64,000 nt of DNA, from IMG/VR virus record IMGVR_UViG_3300048802_000015, positions 1 to 64,000 of that record. The stretch is one strand, 5' to 3'. A program made the translations under genes and the position numbers. Below are positions 7,412-14,157 of this stretch, piece by piece (position 1 is the first letter of the stretch; each line of letters begins with the position of its first letter). Below the pieces are notes generated by a model. That model did no database searches. It was not told where the DNA came from and saw only the letters and a program-made list of their open reading frames with translations. Source of the DNA: a virus. Taxonomy: Duplodnaviria; Caudoviricetes.

Positions 7412-8589
7412 GGCAGGCACCCCATCACGGCTTCGACGAAGGCTTGGGCTTGCGGCGCGCAGAGAGCGTTACCGTAACCCCGCAGTCGTCCCAGTCGCTT
7501 GGTAGCCCCTGAAGCCAGCGGCTGTGTGCCGGGTTCAACTGGCCGCGCTTTTCCGTCGGTGCAGAGGAGCCAGTCGGCGTCTCGCCAGAAACCATCAAGC
7601 GGGTCTTGCGCGAGTTGCACGAGTCGCCGGCCTCGTTGTAACTCGCTGTCGCTGGGCTCCCTGCCATTGGAGTTGGCCAGCCTGCAAGCTGCGCCACATT
7701 CCCCAGTCCCTGCACCGTCGTTCGGGCCCGGTTCCCGCCGTAGTCCTTGCCCCTGTTCGTCGAGCTGTTCGGGGCATCCGGGCAGGTGTCCGGGGTGGGC
7801 CATCCCGCTAGTAGGACAAAGTCCTGCAAGTTGCTCCCGTGCCTCGTCTCCCCCACCGCCCGTTTCGCCTGGCCGCCCCTCTCCGCATCGTGAACCGTCG
7901 CTGTCGGCCATCCCGCCAACTGCACCGCCCCCGGCAATCTGTCGTCGCCCTGGCTTGGTCCGCCCTTCGGCCCGTCCTGCGAGCATGGAGTCGGCCACCC
8001 TGCGAGCCTCGCTTGACCAAGCAGTGACAAGATCGGCGGACCGCTCACTTGGTTGTGTCTGTCCCGCCCGTTCCCATCTTGCACTGTCGGCGTGGCCCAT
8101 CCAATACAAGCGGTGTCTGAGGTGCGGCGCGCCTGCCCACGCAGCGCAGGTATCAAGCGCCCCAGCGGCGTAGCCCGCGCTTTCAAGGTCAGCAGATACA
8201 GCGTCGAACCACCCAAGCCCTTGGGGACTGGATACTTGCTCGCCAATGACAACGTCAGGGCGACACTCGCGGATGAGGCGGAAGAACTCGGGCCAGAGGT
8301 GGCGTTTGTCATCGATGCCTTCGCCTTTGCCCGCGACCGAGAACGGCTGGCAGGGGCAGGATCCGGTCCAGACATTGCGGATGTCTGACCATCCGGCGCA
8401 TCGGAGAGCGTAGGACCACACTCCAATCCCGGCGAAGAAGTGGCACTGTCGATAGCCGCGAAGGTCAGTTGCTTGGACATCTACGATGCTCCTTTGGTCC
8501 ACTTCGCCAAGCGCAATGTGCCCAGCTTCAATCAGGTTGCGCAGCCACGCAGCGGCGAATTTATCGTGCTCATTGTAATATGCTGTCAT
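7408..8589 (-). CDS. C5-cytosine DNA methyltransferase, alpha-type polypeptide
   Basis: Motif I FFAGIG, motif IV GSCPCQPFS, motif VI GEQV, motif VIII APHLRHRLY, motif X RLRGYGNA. Confidence 0.9.
   Translation of the reverse strand: MTAYYNEHDKFAAAWLRNLIEAGHIALGEVDQRSIVDVQATDLRGYRQCHFFAGIGVWSYALRCAGWSDIRNVWTGSCPCQPFSVAGKGEGIDDKRHLWPEFFRLIRECRPDVVIGEQVSSPQGLGWFDAVSADLESAGYAAGALDTCAAWAGAPHLRHRLYWMGHADSARWERAGQTQPSERSADLVTAWSSEARRVADSMLAGRAEGRTKPGRRQIAGGGAVGGMADSDGSRCGEGRPGETGGGGDEAREQLAGLCPTSGMAHPGHLPGCPEQLDEQGQGLRREPGPNDGAGTGECGAACRLANSNGREPSDSELQRGRRLVQLAQDPLDGFWRDADWLLCTDGKARPVEPGTQPLASGATKRLGRLRGYGNALCAPQAQAFVEAVMGCLP
7425..8480 (-). CDS. Nested alternative-frame polypeptide (beta-type methyltransferase subunit, WPTP repeats plus motif IX)
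   Basis: 351-aa ORF fully inside the methyltransferase gene; five GW(P/A)T(P/A) repeats; C-terminal QLNPAHSRWLQGLPSDW. Confidence 0.75.
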   Translation of the reverse strand: MSKQLTFAAIDSATSSPGLECGPTLSDAPDGQTSAMSGPDPAPASRSRSRAKAKASMTNATSGPSSSASSASVALTLSLASKYPVPKGLGGSTLYLLTLKARATPLGRLIPALRGQARRTSDTACIGWATPTVQDGNGRDRHNQVSGPPILSLLGQARLAGWPTPCSQDGPKGGPSQGDDRLPGAVQLAGWPTATVHDAERGGQAKRAVGETRHGSNLQDFVLLAGWPTPDTCPDAPNSSTNRGKDYGGNRARTTVQGLGNVAQLAGWPTPMAGSPATASYNEAGDSCNSRKTRLMVSGETPTGSSAPTEKRGQLNPAHSRWLQGLPSDWDDCGVTVTLSARRKPKPSSKP

Positions 8590-9206
8590 GCCCTACTCGC
8601 CCTTCTGCGCGCGTGGGCGACGACTAGACCAGCGGAGATTCGCGCGCGATGTTCGGCGCTTCTCGGAGGCATGCGCTTCCCGATCTTGGCCGCTGACAAC
8701 TTCGCCCTATGCTCTGCCGTGAGAGTCTTCCCGATGTGCGCCTCTCGCAATGCGCGCCTGGTCTCCGTAGACACAAGGTGGCCACGGCTCGCGGAACCTA
8801 TGAGTTCCTTTGCTCTTTCCGACTGGTGCCGTCCCCTGTTGAGATTTGCCGTCCGCTCGACGATCCATCGCGGAAGCCCGGCAACGCCGTCCCCGCCAAT
8901 CGTGAGGTTATAGCCAAGCGGCGCAAGCGTTCCGAGTTGGGCAATCAAATTCCTCTCAACATGCGCAAGATCATCTCGTCCCAACGCGCATGCACAGTGC
9001 TCAATGGTGAAGGCTTCCACTCCGTGCTTTCTCATCGCCGCGTAAAGCGCCGTCGCGACTCCGTCTCTGGCCGCTCGAACATGATCAGTCCATCTCCGGC
9101 GCAGACCACGAACCGTCACCCCGACGTACTGCTTACCGTTCACCGCATTGGTGATGACGTAGGCAATGAATCGCGAGGGCTCGTGCTCGTTGTAGTAGGC
9201 GGTCAC
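8586..9206 (-). CDS. GIY-YIG homing endonuclease with NUMOD3-like repeats
   Basis: AYVITNAVNGKQYVG, GYNLTIGGDG and repeated H(Q/T)SxE-type motifs. GTG start at 9206. Confidence 0.85.
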   Translation of the reverse strand: MTAYYNEHEPSRFIAYVITNAVNGKQYVGVTVRGLRRRWTDHVRAARDGVATALYAAMRKHGVEAFTIEHCACALGRDDLAHVERNLIAQLGTLAPLGYNLTIGGDGVAGLPRWIVERTANLNRGRHQSERAKELIGSASRGHLVSTETRRALREAHIGKTLTAEHRAKLSAAKIGKRMPPRSAEHRARISAGLVVAHARRRASRA

Positions 9207-9520
9207 GTCCCCACCTTCGGGTAGATGCCGTCCGTCCACTCTATCCCCAGCACCACGTAGTCCGGTCCCACGGCCCCCTCAAATGTGCCAGCGTCCATGA
9301 TGTAGGTGATGGTCCCCCGCACCTCCCGTCCCGAGTAGCCCTCGGCCTCGCGCTCCTTGGCAGCCTCCGGATCCCACTCGTACATCACGAGCTGGTCGCC
9401 AACGCGGTAGTCGCGGTCGTTCTTGCGAACCTCAAAGGGCTTCTTGCCGCGAGCAACGGCGTCGAAGAACTTGGGCCAACATTTTATGTAATGTATTGCC
9501 CGGTGGGATTGGTCGCTCAT
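9203..9520 (-). CDS. ASCH/PUA-like (DUF3850-type) protein
   Basis: IKCWPKFFDAVARGKKPFEVRKNDRDYRVGD motif. Confidence 0.8.
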   Translation of the reverse strand: MSDQSHRAIHYIKCWPKFFDAVARGKKPFEVRKNDRDYRVGDQLVMYEWDPEAAKEREAEGYSGREVRGTITYIMDAGTFEGAVGPDYVVLGIEWTDGIYPKVGT

Positions 9521-9525
9521 CGAAT

Positions 9526-10841
9526 ACTCCCCGGCGTGGATACTGCCTGCTTTAGCTGGCAGAGGAAACGCCGTCCGGTTGCTACGATGGTTGACTTTAC
9601 ACGCGCACAGCGTATCCTGCAAGCGTGCCGTTGCGAGGATTCAAATACCGTTTCTACCCGACCGCCGAGCAAGAGGTCTTGCTCCGCAGGACCATCGGGT
9701 GCTGTCGTCTCGTCTACAATCGCGCCCTGCACGAACGCAGCGAGGCGTGGACGTCGGGGAAGAAGTCCATCGGGTACGCGGCCCAAAGCTCCGCCCTCAC
9801 CGGCTGGAAGAAAGAGCCCGAGCTTGCGTTCCTTAACGAGGTTTCGAGCGTTCCTATCCAGCAGGCCTTGCGCCACCTGCAAACCGGCTACGCCAACTTC
9901 TTCGCCAAGCGGGCCAAGTATCCCAGCTTCAAGAAGAAGCGCTCGGGCGGTTCGGCAGAGTTCACCCGCAGTGGGTTCCGCTTCGCCGAGGGCAAGCTGA
10001 CATTGGCCAAGATGGATGCCCCACTCGACATCCGATGGAGCCGCCCACTGCCCGCCGGTGTGCAGCCATCGAGCGCCTCGGTGTCGCTGGACGCTTCCCA
10101 GCGCTGGCACGTGTCCCTGCTCTGCGAAGACCGCACCATCAAGCACCTGTCCAAGCTCAAGACCGCCGTCGGGATAGACCTCGGCATCAACGCCTTGGCC
10201 ACGCTCTCTACTGGCGAGAAGATTCCCAACCTCCAGCACGACGCCCGAGAGATGAAGCGCAAGCGTCGCCTCTCCCGCGCGATGGCCCGCAAACAGAAAG
10301 GATCCAAAAACCGAAACAAGGCTCGCATCAAGCTCGCTCGTCTGCACGCCAAGGTGGCCGACCGTCGCCGCGACCAAATGCACAAACTCTCTACTCGACT
10401 CGTTCGCGAGAACCAAGTGATCGTCGTCGAGGATTTGAACGTCGCTGGAATGGTCCGCAACCACTGCCTCGCCCGAGTTATCTCGGACGCCGCTTGGCGC
10501 ATGCTCCTGACATTCTTGGCGTACAAGTGCGCCTGGTATGGCCGGGAGTTGGTGAAAGTCGACCGCTTCTACCCCAGCAGCAAGACATGCTCCGCTTGTG
10601 GTCACGTCGTCGAGCACCTGCCCCTCGACGTGCGCAAGTGGACTTGCCCATGCTGCAATGCAGAACACGACCGAGACGAGAATGCAGCTCGCAACATTTT
10701 GGCCGCGGGACTCGCGGTTTCTGTCTCTGGATCTGGTGTTAGCCATCGTGTCCTTCGGGGTGCGGTGCAGTCAGAGTTGAAAGAGAAATACTCGGTTGTG
10801 AAGCCGGGAATCCGCCTCCTTTAGGGGGCGGAGGATGTCAA
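9526..10841 (+). mobile_element. TnpB-only IS200/IS605-family element 1
   Basis: Left-end hairpin CTGCCTGCTTTAGCTGGCAG; right-end hairpin CCGCCTCCTTTAGGGGGCGG followed by ...GATGTCAA; no tnpA. Left boundary +/-1 nt. Confidence 0.8.
9625..10824 (+). CDS. tnpB: TnpB RNA-guided nuclease 1
   Basis: FKYRFYPT HTH N-terminus, RuvC residues GIDLG / VVEDL / DRDENAA, zinc finger CSAC..CPCC. Confidence 0.92.
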   Translation: MPLRGFKYRFYPTAEQEVLLRRTIGCCRLVYNRALHERSEAWTSGKKSIGYAAQSSALTGWKKEPELAFLNEVSSVPIQQALRHLQTGYANFFAKRAKYPSFKKKRSGGSAEFTRSGFRFAEGKLTLAKMDAPLDIRWSRPLPAGVQPSSASVSLDASQRWHVSLLCEDRTIKHLSKLKTAVGIDLGINALATLSTGEKIPNLQHDAREMKRKRRLSRAMARKQKGSKNRNKARIKLARLHAKVADRRRDQMHKLSTRLVRENQVIVVEDLNVAGMVRNHCLARVISDAAWRMLLTFLAYKCAWYGRELVKVDRFYPSSKTCSACGHVVEHLPLDVRKWTCPCCNAEHDRDENAARNILAAGLAVSVSGSGVSHRVLRGAVQSELKEKYSVVKPGIRLL

Positions 10842-10845
10842 GGTC

Positions 10846-11136
10846 CTAATCTCCGCTGTCGATGGTGAAGTAGTCCTTGCAGTGCTTGCACGTGTAGCCG
10901 TGGTAGCAGTTGCTGATCTTGTGGCTCACGTACTCGTGGGTGCAGGGCGTCCCGTCGGGGCGCAATGGAACGAATCCGAGCACCGCTTGCCACTGCTTCT
11001 GACCGCCGCAGTTGTTGCACGGGAAGGTGTCAGTGTCCTTGTCGTACCCGCCCACGACGTGCTTGTAGTTCCCAGTGGCTGGGATGCGCTTGGTCCCATT
11101 GCAGACTGGGCATGTTCCTGTCTTCTCTTCGGTCAT
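10846..11136 (-). CDS. Cys-rich zinc-binding hypothetical protein
   Basis: CPVCNG, CNNCGG, CTHEY and CKHC motifs. Confidence 0.65.
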   Translation of the reverse strand: MTEEKTGTCPVCNGTKRIPATGNYKHVVGGYDKDTDTFPCNNCGGQKQWQAVLGFVPLRPDGTPCTHEYVSHKISNCYHGYTCKHCKDYFTIDSGD

Positions 11137-11146
11137 GATCTTCCCT

Positions 11147-11623
11147 TCATGCCGCCCGTGCGGCTTGCTTGTCTTTCCCGAAGGCGAGCACCCAAATGGC
11201 CTCGCCGTCCCTCTGAATATCCGCCCGCCGCTTCGCCTTCTCCAGCCCGTAGGCCACCACCGAGTGATCGCTGTACCCGAGTGCCGACGCGATTTCTGGC
11301 AGCGACATCTCGGACCGGCGCATGGCCACCATGGTCGCGTACCGGCGGCTGGTGCAGCGTTCGGTGCGCTCTCCCGAGATGAGGTGTTCGATCTTGGTGT
11401 TGTAGTGCGCGCAGGCCGCCCGAAGGATGCGCCTGGATGGGCTTTCGACTTCCAGGTGGCCCTCGGCACCGGCGGCGCGGAAGGTGGCCACGAGGGCATC
11501 CCGAATGCTTCCGCCGTCGCGAACCACCAGCAGGAGAATCTCTTCGAGCTCGGCGATGAGTGGGCTGTGTATCATGGGTGCTGGATCCATTGTTGTTCGG
11601 GATGGGTGAGGTTCATCAACCAA
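11147..11623 (-). CDS. DnaA C-terminal (domain IV)-like HTH protein
   Basis: MSLPEIASALGYSDHSVVAYG resembles the DnaA-IV signature SLxEIGxxFxRDHxTV. Confidence 0.65.
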   Translation of the reverse strand: MVDEPHPSRTTMDPAPMIHSPLIAELEEILLLVVRDGGSIRDALVATFRAAGAEGHLEVESPSRRILRAACAHYNTKIEHLISGERTERCTSRRYATMVAMRRSEMSLPEIASALGYSDHSVVAYGLEKAKRRADIQRDGEAIWVLAFGKDKQAARAA

Positions 11624-12029
11624 AATTCATGGGGTCGCGCGCATGGCGCCGCTGGTGCAGGTCGTACATTGCCTGGAAGTAGCAGACCTGCGCGGTCTGC
11701 CACGCGCGTAGCGAGTCCCGCGTCCAGTCCTTGAAGTGGCCGCAGTTGCAGTGGAAGTCGCGGTGGGCCTGCCGGCACATGGGGATGCCTCGCTCGTGGC
11801 CAGCCTTCTTCCCGTGGGCGCGATCTTGGGTGTCGTGGTGGACCTCGGCGGGGCCGCAGCCGGCGTGCTGGTGGACTGCGCACAGTTGCAAGTGCAGCCA
11901 GTCGAGCCGGTCTTGATCCTCCGGCGAGGTTGGGCGACGCTTGGGGGAACGCTGGCGCAGTGGCGTAAGCGCGCGCAATGGGGTGCGGGTGCGCAGGGGA
12001 GTCTTACGGTGGAGGCGGGTGCGTTTCAC
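11616..12029 (-). CDS. DUF968/HNH-like phage protein
   Basis: GTG start KRTRLHRKTPL; CAVH..EVHH..IPMCRQAHRDFH. Confidence 0.65.
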   Translation of the reverse strand: MKRTRLHRKTPLRTRTPLRALTPLRQRSPKRRPTSPEDQDRLDWLHLQLCAVHQHAGCGPAEVHHDTQDRAHGKKAGHERGIPMCRQAHRDFHCNCGHFKDWTRDSLRAWQTAQVCYFQAMYDLHQRRHARDPMNFG

Positions 12030-12032
12030 AAT

Positions 12033-13270
12033 ATCCTCGGCGTGGAAGCCGCCCCCTTTAGGAGGCGGAGGAAACGCCGTCCGGTTCTGGGTTGCTTTTC
12101 TTGCCTTAGAGCTGTAGTGTCTAAGCAGTGAAACTCGTAGCCGTTGCAAAGCTTCTGCCCACGCACGAGCAAGCCGCCGCTCTGCTGGCGACGCTTGAGC
12201 GTGTGAATGAGGCGTGCGCATGGCTGGCCGAGCGAGCTTTCGAGTTGAAGTCCGCAGACAAGCTCAAGCTGCAAGGGCTCTACTACCGAGACCTCCGCGA
12301 GAAATTCGGGTTGTCGTCGCAGATGGCCGTGCGAGCGATCTCCAAGGTGGTCGAGGCGTACAAGCGCGACCGCGCCCGCAAGCCCACCTTCAAGCCCCAC
12401 GGGGCCATCGCCTACGACCAGCGCATCTTGAGTTTCAAGGCGATGGACCGCGTATCGCTGCTGACCATCTCGGGCCGCATTCTCGTTCCCTACGTCGCCG
12501 GCCCCTACCACCTCGCGCGACTCGAAGGCGTGCGCGGCCAGTCCGACCTTGTGCTCCGCAAGGGAAAGTGGTTCCTCTTCGTGACCGTCGAGGTACCCGA
12601 CGGTTCCCCTATCGACCCTGAAGGCTGGCTTGGTGTCGACCTTGGAATCCGCAACCTCGCAGTCGACTCCGATGGCGAGGCCCACAGCGGCGCGGCCGTC
12701 GAGGCCACGCGCCAGCGACACCAGCGCCTGCGCAACATGCTTCAACCCGTCGGCACCAAGTCGGCAAAGCGACACCTCAAGAAACTCTCGGGCAAGGAGG
12801 CCCGCTTCCGCTCCCACACCAACCACGTGATCTCGAAGCAAATCGTCGCCAAGGCCAAAGGCACCGCGAGAGGAATAGCCGTTGAGGAATTGACGGGTAT
12901 TCGCGAGCGGGCAACGGTCAGAAAAAGCCAAAGGGCGATGCATTCGGGATGGGCGTTCTTTCAGTTGCGTGCGTTCCTCAGCTACAAGGCCGCCATCGCT
13001 GGCGTCAAGCTCGTGGCCGTGGATCCGCGCAACACCTCTCGGACTTGCCCAGCGTGCGGCTACATCGACAAGGCCAACCGCAAGAGCCAGTCCGAGTTCG
13101 CTTGCAAGTCGTGCGGGTTCGTCGACCATGCCGACCACGTCGGTGCGGTCAACATCGCACGCAGGGCTGCTGTAATGCAGCCTATCGTCTCGGACTATCG
13201 TGATGGAAAGCATTGCTTGTCCGTCTCTGTTCAGGGGCAAAGCTGCCTGCTTTAGCTGGCAGTCCATTAC
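12033..13270 (+). mobile_element. TnpB-only IS200/IS605-family element 2
   Basis: Left-end hairpin CCGCCCCCTTTAGGAGGCGG; right-end hairpin CTGCCTGCTTTAGCTGGCAG followed by TCCATTAC; no tnpA. Boundaries +/-1 nt. Confidence 0.78.
12128..13255 (+). CDS. tnpB: TnpB RNA-guided nuclease 2
   Basis: RuvC residues GVDLG / AVEEL / HADHVGA; zinc finger CPAC..CKSC. Confidence 0.9.
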   Translation: MKLVAVAKLLPTHEQAAALLATLERVNEACAWLAERAFELKSADKLKLQGLYYRDLREKFGLSSQMAVRAISKVVEAYKRDRARKPTFKPHGAIAYDQRILSFKAMDRVSLLTISGRILVPYVAGPYHLARLEGVRGQSDLVLRKGKWFLFVTVEVPDGSPIDPEGWLGVDLGIRNLAVDSDGEAHSGAAVEATRQRHQRLRNMLQPVGTKSAKRHLKKLSGKEARFRSHTNHVISKQIVAKAKGTARGIAVEELTGIRERATVRKSQRAMHSGWAFFQLRAFLSYKAAIAGVKLVAVDPRNTSRTCPACGYIDKANRKSQSEFACKSCGFVDHADHVGAVNIARRAAVMQPIVSDYRDGKHCLSVSVQGQSCLL

Positions 13271-13319
13271 TTGTACCACTCGCCCATCTTCGGCTTGCCG
13301 TCGCGGCCGACTTCTATCA

Positions 13320-13913
13320 TTACGGCCCCACAGTCACGTAGGCACCGGACACGTCAATGCAGACCATGCCCACGTTCCACCCCGCCTTGCTCCTGTCTGC
13401 CGTCGTGAGGCAGGCGATCACCATGCTCGCCCCCGCCTCTAAGCTGACAATCCCCAAGATCACGTGGCCGCTCTCCGGCCCGGCCGCGCTAGCGCGAATG
13501 TTCGCGATGTCGCCGCCCACGTAAAGCACCACGCTTCGCCCGGTAATGTCTGCGGCACTTTCGAGGCGAAACACGAGACGGTTGGCCTCCCTAGAGCTGA
13601 AGCTGGTGGCCTGCCCGAGGAGAACGTCGCCTTCACCGTCGTACATCGGACCGATGCCGCCATCGCCGGTGTAGCTCGTGCCGAAGGTGAGACTGTTCTT
13701 CCAGGTGACCGCGTCGGGTGACTGGGTGTCCTCGGTGGCACCCCAGGCGTCAGAAATGCTCGCGACGACCGTATCGGGCACAACGTCCGCGTCGATGGTT
13801 GGGCTCGCTGCCTTTGTTCCACCGTCGCGAGTGGTCAGCAAGCCTGCGCTTTGGGTAGAGCACCCGAGCGCAAGTGCCAGAAGAATCAACATCGTAGTTC
13901 GCATAGCAGTCAT
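13320..13913 (-). CDS. Putative lipoprotein
   Basis: MTAMRTTMLILLALALGC: signal peptide with lipobox. Confidence 0.6.
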   Translation of the reverse strand: MTAMRTTMLILLALALGCSTQSAGLLTTRDGGTKAASPTIDADVVPDTVVASISDAWGATEDTQSPDAVTWKNSLTFGTSYTGDGGIGPMYDGEGDVLLGQATSFSSREANRLVFRLESAADITGRSVVLYVGGDIANIRASAAGPESGHVILGIVSLEAGASMVIACLTTADRSKAGWNVGMVCIDVSGAYVTVGP

Positions 13914-14155
13914 TTTGACGACTCCCTTTCCATCAACTTCTTGTGTGGCTGGCAGATGTGGCCGGCAAGTGTCGAAGGGCTGGCGTGGTTCCCGCAGAGC
14001 TTGGCGCCGCAGCTCGCGGCCTTGCCGGCACGTAAGACCTGGTAGCCGCAGCGATGCTTGTCCGGCCACTTGCAGCCGGGGTGAGAGCAGCCGGGCTTCT
14101 CGGGCAGGGGGATGAGGGCGGTGAGATTCCCGATCCTGATTGGAATTGATGGCAT
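13910..14155 (-). CDS. Cys/His-rich zinc-finger protein
   Basis: CSHPGC, CGAKLCGNH and CQPH motifs; overlaps the next gene by ATGA. Confidence 0.55.
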   Translation of the reverse strand: MPSIPIRIGNLTALIPLPEKPGCSHPGCKWPDKHRCGYQVLRAGKAASCGAKLCGNHASPSTLAGHICQPHKKLMERESSK

Positions 14156-14157
14156 GG

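Noticed and set aside
9517-13279. Long minus-strand ORFs 9517-10746 and 12026-13279
   Set aside because: They are antisense shadows of the GC3-rich tnpB genes and have no motifs of their own.
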